Positions 1 to 5,935 of a DNA stretch of 20,154 nt are shown piece after piece. The stretch's first letter is position 1; every line of letters begins with the position of its first letter. This DNA comes from an uncultured virus (IMG/VR IMGVR_UViG_2061766007_000169) (Duplodnaviria; Heunggongvirae; Uroviricota; Caudoviricetes). A model generated the notes under the pieces. That model was not told the DNA's origin, did no database searches, and saw only the letters and a list, made by a program, of their open reading frames with translations. The stretch lies in the IMG/VR virus record IMGVR_UViG_2061766007_000169. One strand, given 5' to 3'. Position numbers and translations under genes: made by a program.

Positions 1-876
1 ATTGAGTTAACGGCATACTTTTCAACATTCGATGAATTGACAATATCTCACGGAAAAGGTTCTCATATGGGTGGATATATAAAAATAACATCGACAAAAA
101 TTCAAATATATTCTAATGAAACATTTATAGAAGAATTTGAACATGGTTTAACTCTATCAGATTTTATTAACGTAATTATTTACACAAAGAATAATTCAGA
201 TTGCAGGTCATCAATTACCATCATGACAGCAGGTGGCGATTATACAGCAGAAACAACACGGTATTATGGCATTAGGGGTGCTGTTCTGTGCAATGCAAAT
301 TTCGCAATGACAAACGTAAAGATTAAATATACCGTAAACGATGCAAAAGAAGATGTTTGGGTATTTGGTGATTCGTATATTTCTCTTGGTGATCCTAACA
401 GATGGGCAACGCAATTGGTTTCATCGGGTCATAAGAAACTACTGTTGGATGGATGGGGTGGCGCAATGTCAGAAAATGTGTACCCTGTTGTAGAATATTT
501 TGGCAATATTACAAAACCTAAATACATTGTATGGTGTTTGGGAATGAATGATGGCGATAATAATGCTATAAATTCTGCATGGAAATCGTGCGTTGATAAT
601 CTACTTGAATATTGCGAAACAAAAGGAATTATACCTATTCTTGCTACAATACCAAATGTTCCTAACATTGATAACACTTATAAAAACGCTTATGTAAAAT
701 CTTTGAGCGTTCGATACGTAGATTTTGCTAAGGCTGTCAACGCAGAAAATGCAGGAGCAACGTGGTACGCAGGTATGCTTTCTAGTGATAACACACATCC
801 AACTGCACTTGGGGCAAAAGCATTGATGAGACAGTTTCTGCTTGATGTTCCCGAAGTGCTTTTCGCTGAAGAGTAA
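1..876 (+). CDS. SGNH/GDSL-type esterase domain protein, 5'-truncated; probably the variable C-terminal part of a tail/receptor-binding protein
   Basis: Frame 1 is open from base 1 to TAA at 874-876. It has the SGNH blocks FGDSY, GWGG, LGMND and DNTHP, preceded by a beta-rich region. Confidence 0.8.
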   Translation: MELTAYFSTFDELTISHGKGSHMGGYIKITSTKIQIYSNETFIEEFEHGLTLSDFINVIIYTKNNSDCRSSITIMTAGGDYTAETTRYYGIRGAVLCNANFAMTNVKIKYTVNDAKEDVWVFGDSYISLGDPNRWATQLVSSGHKKLLLDGWGGAMSENVYPVVEYFGNITKPKYIVWCLGMNDGDNNAINSAWKSCVDNLLEYCETKGIIPILATIPNVPNIDNTYKNAYVKSLSVRYVDFAKAVNAENAGATWYAGMLSSDNTHPTALGAKALMRQFLLDVPEVLFAEE

Positions 877-882
877 GCTAAA

Positions 883-899
883 GGAAACCTTAAATAACT
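883..899. repeat. Degenerate 17-bp repeat, copy 1 (GGAAACCTTAAATAACT); candidate recombination site
   Basis: Matches copy 3 (1418-1434) at 14/17. Starts 6 nt after the SGNH stop codon. Confidence 0.55.
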
Positions 900-916
900 A
901 CCAATAACCACTAGTG

Positions 917-933
917 GGCAACTTTGATTCACT
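917..933. repeat. Degenerate 17-bp repeat, copy 2 (GGCAACTTTGATTCACT); candidate recombination site
   Basis: Matches copy 3 at 13/17, same orientation. Confidence 0.45.
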
Positions 934-936
934 TTC

Positions 937-1094
937 GGACAGAGCCGTTCAAGCCTCTCGACGATGCTGATATACGAACGGACTTTTAAGAGTCTTGCAG
1001 AGGACTATAAACCGCTGTATAGGGGTAAGACACCCCGGCACAAACTGCATCGGCTCAGTTCCAAATGACAGATGCCTGCATCAGTCGTAGTTTT
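937..1094 (+). ncRNA. Candidate structured RNA (multi-stem), unclassified
   Basis: Outer stem 937-947/1051-1061. Inner stems CCTCT 954-958/AGAGG 999-1003, hairpin 980-995, CTATA/TATAG 1005-1022 and GGGT/ACCC ~1023-1035. Then hairpin 1066-1087 followed by TAGTTTT. Confidence 0.3.
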
Positions 1095-1112
1095 ACAACC
1101 GATATTTAAAGG

Positions 1113-1137
1113 AAAAAAAAGAAGAGGGGTTACCCTC
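1113..1137 (-). terminator. Intrinsic terminator of the RHH gene
   Basis: Minus strand reads GAGGG-TAAC-CCCTC followed by TTCTTTTTTTT, directly at the stop codon. Confidence 0.75.
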
Positions 1138-1321
1138 AATAACCTCTCTTCTTGAGATACTCATCGAGTGCTTTTTGGATAGTCCATGATCTATTGCGTT
1201 CTTCCTCTTTCATGTACTTTTCCAATCTCTCAATGAGTGACGGTGGCAATGTGATGTTGTATTTGGTATAACCACCTGTTTCCTCGATCCCACGGAGAGA
1301 TCGTCCTCCGTTGATACCCAT
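1136..1321 (-). CDS. Ribbon-helix-helix (CopG-like) DNA-binding protein, 61 aa
   Basis: Pattern YNITLPPSLIERLEKYMKEEERNRSWTIQKALDEYL (strand-helix-helix). RBS GGAGGTG upstream of the ATG. Confidence 0.85.
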   Translation of the reverse strand: MGINGGRSLRGIEETGGYTKYNITLPPSLIERLEKYMKEEERNRSWTIQKALDEYLKKRGY

Positions 1322-1342
1322 GTAGCATCACCTCCACCTACT

Positions 1343-1392
1343 AGTGTACCACAATCTGTCAATGTAGGACAGAAGAGGACAGTATAGGACAG
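1343..1392 (-). promoter_or_regulatory. Putative RHH promoter (extended -10 TG-g-TACACT) with three phased AGGACAG boxes over the -35 region
   Basis: AGTGTA at 1343-1348 (TACACT on the minus strand). AGGACAG at 1366-1372, 1376-1382 and 1386-1392, an exact 10-bp period. Confidence 0.55.
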
Positions 1393-1417
1393 TAATTAGA
1401 CATACCTAACTTTGTCC

Positions 1418-1434
1418 GGAAACTTTAAGTTACT
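1418..1434. repeat. Degenerate 17-bp repeat, copy 3 (GGAAACTTTAAGTTACT); candidate recombination site
   Basis: Matches copy 1 at 14/17 and copy 2 at 13/17. Lies between the RHH unit and the HTH gene. Confidence 0.55.
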
Positions 1435-1458
1435 AAAAGCATAATAAAATCAGGAGGA

Positions 1459-1680
1459 TTATTCCTCCTGATTATTCGGAATCCAAGATAAGAGATCCCC
1501 TGGTTGGCATTGGCATAGTTCACATATTTTATCGATTGTATCTGTCGTGATTGGGTCTCCGTGACGGAGCCGATCTATTGTGCTGCTTGCAATTATTTTT
1601 TCTTTTGTGAGTCGATAGGCAGACCATCCGCAATCAGATAACTTACCGAGGATGTTATTAAAAGCAATCAGTAATACCAC
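1459..1680 (-). CDS. Cro/C1-type (XRE/YozG-like) helix-turn-helix transcriptional regulator, 73 aa
   Basis: SAYRL...IASSTIDRLRHG...ITTDTIDKICELCQCQPGDLL is typical of small XRE/HTH_26 regulators. RBS AAGGAG; divergent from the recombinase. Confidence 0.85.
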   Translation of the reverse strand: MVLLIAFNNILGKLSDCGWSAYRLTKEKIIASSTIDRLRHGDPITTDTIDKICELCQCQPGDLLSWIPNNQEE

Positions 1681-1693
1681 CTCCTTCTCCTTT

Positions 1694-1721
1694 ATTATAT
1701 CAAAAATTTTTTCTTAGTCAA
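1694..1721 (-). promoter_or_regulatory. Sigma-A promoter for the HTH gene
   Basis: Minus strand: TTGACT (1721-1716), 16-nt spacer ending in TG-a, then TATAAT (1699-1694). Confidence 0.7.
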
Positions 1722-1788
1722 CCCCCAAAAAGGACTTGACACATAGTCCTATAAAGGATTATAATGCTTTTTAGAAAGGGGTTGACTA
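1715..1788. repeat. Perfect 11-bp inverted repeat flanking the recombinase promoter
   Basis: TAGTCAACCCC at 1715-1725 and GGGGTTGACTA at 1778-1788. Confidence 0.7.
1736..1765 (+). promoter_or_regulatory. Consensus sigma-A promoter for the recombinase with an overlapping operator-like palindrome
   Basis: TTGACA (1736-1741), 18 nt, TATAAT (1760-1765). TCCT-ATAA-AGGA lies in the spacer, with a related CCCC-AAAA-AGGA just upstream of the -35. Confidence 0.8.
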
Positions 1789-1791
1789 TGA

Positions 1792-2778
1792 ATGTCTATT
1801 GTAGATAAACAGACGTTTGCAACAGAATTGCGTGAGAGATTGAGCGATAAACTGACATTAAAAGACATAGAATCTGTTGTCGGTGAACTCACGGATCAAA
1901 TGGCGTACTATGAAATGGAGCGCAGAGGGGATGATGCATTTCAAAAGGATTTTAACGAAATGCTAAATATCTTCTGCGACACGAAACGGATTGAGGGAAG
2001 ATCAGAGAAAACGCTCGATAGGTATCAATATATTTTAGGCAGATTCCGTGATCGGGATAATACTCCGATTAGGGATATTACTGTTTACAATATTAGGCGG
2101 TTTTTATCCTATGAAAAGAATCGCGGTATATCCGATAGAACACTCACCGGATATAGGGATGTCTTTTCCTCGTTCTTCGGCTGGTTACATAGAGAAGGTC
2201 TAATCCCAAATAATCCCTGTGCAAACTTGATGCCTATTAAGTTTAAGAAAGAAATTAGAAAACCATATTCCAATACAGACCTAGAGAGGATTCGTGAAGC
2301 AACTAGGACGCCAAGAGATAAAGCACTTGTTTCTTTTCTTTTATCTACTGGATGTCGTATAAGCGAAGTGTGTGCACTCAACCGGGATGATGTCGATTTA
2401 TCGAACATGGAGTGTGTTGTTCTTGGCAAGGGTAATAAAGAGAGAACTGTTTATTTATCGGAAATATGTGTGATGCATTTAAAGTATTATCTGCGATTAA
2501 GGAAAGATGATAGTAAGGCTTTGTTTATTGGGAAGGGAACGGAGAGACTGCATCCCGGTGGTGTTAGGAAACGGCTTAACGAAATAGCTGAAGCTGCCGG
2601 GGTTGAGAATGTTCATCCGCATCGTTTCCGGAGAACTCTAGCTACAAATCTTATTAATCACGGAATGGCTATTCAAGAAGTTGCTTCTATCCTCGGTCAT
2701 GATAGGATCGATACTACAATGACTTATGTTTACATAGATAAAATAAATGTGAAAAACTCATATAGGAAATATGTATAG
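1792..2778 (+). CDS. Tyrosine recombinase/integrase (XerC/D-like, N-terminal SAM-like core-binding domain), 328 aa
   Basis: Catalytic motifs TGCRISE (R), GKGNKER (K), HPHRFRR (HxxR), LGH and TTMTY (Y). N-terminal EGRSEKTLDRY. Confidence 0.95.
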   Translation: MSIVDKQTFATELRERLSDKLTLKDIESVVGELTDQMAYYEMERRGDDAFQKDFNEMLNIFCDTKRIEGRSEKTLDRYQYILGRFRDRDNTPIRDITVYNIRRFLSYEKNRGISDRTLTGYRDVFSSFFGWLHREGLIPNNPCANLMPIKFKKEIRKPYSNTDLERIREATRTPRDKALVSFLLSTGCRISEVCALNRDDVDLSNMECVVLGKGNKERTVYLSEICVMHLKYYLRLRKDDSKALFIGKGTERLHPGGVRKRLNEIAEAAGVENVHPHRFRRTLATNLINHGMAIQEVASILGHDRIDTTMTYVYIDKINVKNSYRKYV

Positions 2779-2798
2779 TTTTAATAAGATTCCTAATT

Positions 2799-2830
2799 AA
2801 AGTGCGACAAATTGCCGCACTTTTCTATTT
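2799..2830 (+). terminator. Intrinsic terminator after the recombinase
   Basis: AAAGTGCG...CGCACTTT stem followed by TCTATTT. Confidence 0.7.
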
Positions 2831-2854
2831 ACTCCATAGTGGAGGAAGAATTAT

Positions 2855-4033
2855 ATGATTATAAATCTATGCCAGGGCGGAGAGTCTACGATTACAGTTT
2901 ATGGCCCTGGTACTTCAAGTATCTCGGTAACCGGTGGTGGTGAAACTGTAACAGGGACTATTGCATCCGGTTCGACTAGTGTTTCATTAAAAGTTCATAC
3001 GATATCCACTTATACGGTAACTTGTACTTATAGCAATTCCACAAAATCGGGTACTGTTTCTATAACCACTTTCGGAGAATCAAAATCGATTTCCTTCTCT
3101 TACGCGGTTATTAATGTATATACTCATCCGGGTGCTTCTGTTAGAGCATTTAAGAGCGGCGTAAGCGATCTTACTGGGACCGCGGATAGTAATGGCTATT
3201 GCCTGCTTCCTGTTCCTGCCGGGTCTTTGAACTCCACAGCTTGGACTGTTAGAGCTACGGATGCTAATAGCACAGGCGTGTACGAGGATAAGACTGCTAC
3301 AACGAACTCCCTTACAGCCGACCCGACTGTTTATCCGCTATATCGCATACCGATCATCAAAGTATCTTGGTCAGGCGGTTCTGCTACTTCTTACGGTAAC
3401 GGAATGGATAATGGATATGCGAAGATCTCCGGTACGAACTCATGGAAGATGTGGGTCAAAGCATCCTGTACGGTTACATTCCTTTGGATAAAGACCAAGG
3501 TTCACTTCTGGGGAATCGGCAAAGGCGGCGACGGAAGCGCCGCTTTCTATGATACAGATTCCGCAAGCCCGTATGGCGGCGGCTCCGGCGGTGGCGGTGG
3601 TCAGGTAAAGACCGGGTCTAATGTCACCGTTAGTGTTAATTCCGGATATACTGTAACGATTGGGTCTGCTACTTCTTTTGGCAGCATAATGTCTTGCAAC
3701 GCCGGTGGGAACGGCGGTCGGATGTCAGGTGGTTCATCCGGTGGCAATTCCGGAAACGGAAGTTCCGGTGAATGGGTTAACGACCACAGCTATCCTCCAT
3801 CAAGCGGTGGCGGCGGGTCTGGCGGAGAAGGAGTCTATGCCTTTGGCGATTCTTCCTTTGATGGCGTTCGATATGGTCACGGTGGTGGTGGTGGCGCACA
3901 TTCATCGTCAACTCCGGGGTATCATTCTACCACAGCCGGGTCCGGTGGTGGTGGCGCAGGTCATAGCGGCAATGCCGGCCGCACGAATGGTAATAATGGT
4001 ATCTTCTGTCTGAAACCCGGTGACAATATATAA
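2855..4033 (+). CDS. Tail-fibre-like protein: Ser/Thr-rich beta (Ig-like) N-terminal region plus glycine-rich C-terminal domain, 392 aa
   Basis: RBS GGAGG. C-terminal GKGGDG...GGGSGGGGG...GHGGGGG...GSGGGGAG...GNNGI pattern as in phage glycine-rich tail domains; located next to the lysis genes. Confidence 0.7.
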   Translation: MIINLCQGGESTITVYGPGTSSISVTGGGETVTGTIASGSTSVSLKVHTISTYTVTCTYSNSTKSGTVSITTFGESKSISFSYAVINVYTHPGASVRAFKSGVSDLTGTADSNGYCLLPVPAGSLNSTAWTVRATDANSTGVYEDKTATTNSLTADPTVYPLYRIPIIKVSWSGGSATSYGNGMDNGYAKISGTNSWKMWVKASCTVTFLWIKTKVHFWGIGKGGDGSAAFYDTDSASPYGGGSGGGGGQVKTGSNVTVSVNSGYTVTIGSATSFGSIMSCNAGGNGGRMSGGSSGGNSGNGSSGEWVNDHSYPPSSGGGGSGGEGVYAFGDSSFDGVRYGHGGGGGAHSSSTPGYHSTTAGSGGGGAGHSGNAGRTNGNNGIFCLKPGDNI

Positions 4034-4137
4034 TGGAAATTTCTTCTATGATGATCATGGCCGGTATAGCTTTACATATAGTAGAGCTTGCCGGTCTGAT
4101 AACTTTATACATTATGATGGTATGCAAAGATGAGTGA
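4033..4137 (+). CDS. Small hydrophobic peptide, 34 aa (MEISSMMIMAGIALHIVELAGLITLYIMMVCKDE)
   Basis: ATG overlaps the fibre gene stop (TAATG). One long hydrophobic stretch. Confidence 0.45.
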   Translation: MEISSMMIMAGIALHIVELAGLITLYIMMVCKDE

Positions 4138-4204
4138 ACGAGAAGAACTTGAGATGTTCATCAACGATCTGTTGGATGGACAGAAAGGGGAAGACGATGA
4201 GTGA
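4130..4204 (+). CDS. Small acidic peptide, 24 aa (MSEREELEMFINDLLDGQKGEDDE)
   Basis: ATGAGTGA start/stop overlaps at both ends couple it to the upstream peptide and to the endolysin. Confidence 0.4.
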   Translation: MSEREELEMFINDLLDGQKGEDDE

Positions 4205-5048
4205 GTCTTCTATCTGGAAAAAGCTGAGAGCAAAAGGCTTTTCCGAAACAGCGACGGCAGCGATCATGGGCAATATGCAGGGTGAGAGCGGTCTGATCCC
4301 TTATAGGATTCAGGGTGATTTCAGTTCTGACTATGCCAGATCGAAAGAGTACACCAGGCAGGTAGACAATGGTCAGCTTAGTAAGAATGACTTTCTGTAC
4401 TACGGACCGGGTGGTGGCGGATATGGACTTTGCCAGTGGACATTCTGGTCGAGGAAAGCCGGATTGTATGATCTTGCCAAATCGTATGGCTTGTCTGTTG
4501 GTGATGAGCAGGTGCAGGTAGACTGGCTTTATCAGGAGATTCAGAAACCGGAGTACGTTTATCAGAAGAACGATTTTGAAAAGTACACCGTGTTTGATTT
4601 TCTCCACAGGGATGAGTCGCTTCTTGAAATGACCAAGGCTGTTATGCGCGGTTACGAGAAGCCGTGGGATCAGTCAGATATTGTGGCATTGCAGAGGGCA
4701 TCCTGGGGAAAGAACATCCTCGACAGAAACACAGGGAGTTCACCGGATGCAGATCCGACTCCTACTCCAGAGCCAACTCCAAAACCGAAACCGATTTCTT
4801 CCTGTGCTATCACAGTACCGGAATTGAAGTACGGAGATAAGGACTGGTACAAGGGCGGAGACAAAGGCGTGGCTGTTGCTATGCTCCAGATGGGTCTCAA
4901 GAAAAATGATATTGGGATAGGCATCTGGGGATGTGACGGACATTTTGGCAAAGATACCGAGAAAGCCGTTAAGGAATTTCAGAGGAACAGCAATCTTCCT
5001 GCTGACGGCATTGTCGGTCAGGATACCTGGCAGGTATTGTTTCAGTAG
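4197..5048 (+). CDS. Endolysin: phage tail lysozyme (Phage_lysozyme2-like) domain, Pro/Thr linker and C-terminal peptidoglycan-binding (PG_binding_1-like) domain
   Basis: AAIMGNMQGESG, GYGLCQWT and YEKP motifs; linker PTPTPEPTPKPKP; DGHFGKDTEKAVKEFQ...ADGIVGQDTW. ATG at 4197 follows RBS AGAAAGGGG and is preferred over the ORF-track GTG at 4134. Confidence 0.9.
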   Translation: MSESSIWKKLRAKGFSETATAAIMGNMQGESGLIPYRIQGDFSSDYARSKEYTRQVDNGQLSKNDFLYYGPGGGGYGLCQWTFWSRKAGLYDLAKSYGLSVGDEQVQVDWLYQEIQKPEYVYQKNDFEKYTVFDFLHRDESLLEMTKAVMRGYEKPWDQSDIVALQRASWGKNILDRNTGSSPDADPTPTPEPTPKPKPISSCAITVPELKYGDKDWYKGGDKGVAVAMLQMGLKKNDIGIGIWGCDGHFGKDTEKAVKEFQRNSNLPADGIVGQDTWQVLFQ

Positions 5049-5058
5049 GTGATGCTGT

Positions 5059-5220
5059 ATGAGTGCAGCGGATAACGATTTACCGAGGTGTAAGAAATGC
5101 GGTAGTACCGTACCAAATGGGAAAGAACTCTGCTGGTGTTGCGAACATGAACCGAAACTCCATAAGGATTCGGATAAATGCAAGGACAGCTGCGAGATAG
5201 CTTTCGATAAGAGGAAGTGA
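5059..5220 (+). CDS. Small Cys-rich zinc-ribbon-like protein, 53 aa
   Basis: MSAADNDLPRCKKCGSTVPNGKELCWCCEHEPKLHKDSDKCKDSCEIAFDKRK has CxxC-x10-CxxC. RBS AGGTGA; stop overlaps the next start (GTGA). Absent from the ORF track. Confidence 0.65.
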   Translation: MSAADNDLPRCKKCGSTVPNGKELCWCCEHEPKLHKDSDKCKDSCEIAFDKRK

Positions 5221-5540
5221 GACTGTTGGAGAATTCAGCAACATTAAATATTATTCTGGCGATTATAGGAAGCGGAGTTTTAACTACGATTATTAATCGC
5301 ATCTTTTCTATTGTTGATAAGAGGAAAGAAAAAGACAACACAACCGTGACCGGCCTCCGGACATTATTGATGATTGAGATACGGAAACTCGGCGAAGGTT
5401 ACTTGTCGCAAGGATCAATAAGTAAAGACGATCTGGAAGATATTATAAATCTGTGGCGTGTGTACCACGATAAGATGGGCGGTAACGGCTATCTTGACAA
5501 CATAATGGGCAGAGTAAAGCTTCTGCCGATAAAGGCATGA
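5217..5540 (+). CDS. Single-TM phage membrane protein of the lysis region (holin-like)
   Basis: N-terminal TM helix, then a soluble part ending YHDKMGGNG...LPI, a pattern common in Firmicutes phage lysis-module proteins. The start could be GTG 5217 or TTG 5226. Confidence 0.7.
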   Translation: MRLLENSATLNIILAIIGSGVLTTIINRIFSIVDKRKEKDNTTVTGLRTLLMIEIRKLGEGYLSQGSISKDDLEDIINLWRVYHDKMGGNGYLDNIMGRVKLLPIKA

Positions 5541-5617
5541 TGGAGACAATACTAGTAGCGATTCTGCTGATACTTTGCTTCTCACTCATGAATAACAATA
5601 AACCTAAATATCCATAA
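5537..5617 (+). CDS. Small hydrophobic peptide, 26 aa (MMETILVAILLILCFSLMNNNKPKYP)
   Basis: ATGA overlap with the upstream stop. TM-like core with a basic tail. Confidence 0.4.
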   Translation: MMETILVAILLILCFSLMNNNKPKYP

Positions 5618-5638
5618 ACTGTTTGGAGGATAAAGCTT

Positions 5639-5857
5639 ATGTATAAGATTACTTGGGATGACATTGTAAGAAAACTCACTTCCAGAAAGTTCTGGCTGGC
5701 TATTGCTTCCTTTGTAACCAATCTTATGGTGTTTAATGGAGCAACCGGAGAAACTGTAGAGAAAGTCACGGCTCTGATTCTAGCCGGTGCTACGGTCATT
5801 GCCTACATTATCGGCGAAGGTCTGGCTGATGCTTCTCCGAATACCACTACAGAATAA
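5639..5857 (+). CDS. Putative holin, two TM helices, 72 aa
   Basis: RKLTSRKFW...AYIIGEGLADA pattern typical of small clostridial phage holins. RBS GGGAGG. Confidence 0.8.
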   Translation: MYKITWDDIVRKLTSRKFWLAIASFVTNLMVFNGATGETVEKVTALILAGATVIAYIIGEGLADASPNTTTE

Positions 5858-5876
5858 TATACCGAATCAGTATTTC

Positions 5877-5910
5877 ACCCCTTTCACCCTAAAAAGTGAA
5901 AGGGGTTATT
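5877..5910 (+). terminator. 11-bp hairpin between the lysis genes and the virion-protein genes (weak terminator or processing site)
   Basis: ACCCCTTTCAC (5877-5887), 8-nt loop, GTGAAAGGGGT (5896-5906). Only a short T tail. Confidence 0.5.
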
Positions 5911-5935
5911 CGCTATATAAGGAGATGATAGCAGA

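Noticed and set aside
690..932. 80-aa minus-strand ORF crossing repeat copies 1 and 2, considered as an alternative shufflon C-terminus
   Set aside because: Almost entirely antisense to the SGNH gene, with no RBS and no recognisable domain; likely a shadow ORF.
964..1068. 34-aa + strand ORF MLIYERTFKSLAEDYKPLYRGKTPRHKLHRLSSK
   Set aside because: No RBS and no toxin-like hydrophobicity; the segment is better explained as RNA structure or intergenic DNA.
1357..1362. Perfect TTGACA on the minus strand upstream of the RHH gene
   Set aside because: Only 8 nt from the TACACT -10 and no -10 at 16-18 nt, so it is not called as the -35.
883..1434. Repeats considered as a CRISPR array or dif sites
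   Set aside because: Too short, degenerate and irregularly spaced for CRISPR, with no cas genes. They do not show the 11-6-11 dif layout.
4134..4196. ORF-track N-terminal extension of the endolysin
   Set aside because: No RBS at 4134; a good RBS precedes ATG 4197, where the lysozyme-like domain starts.
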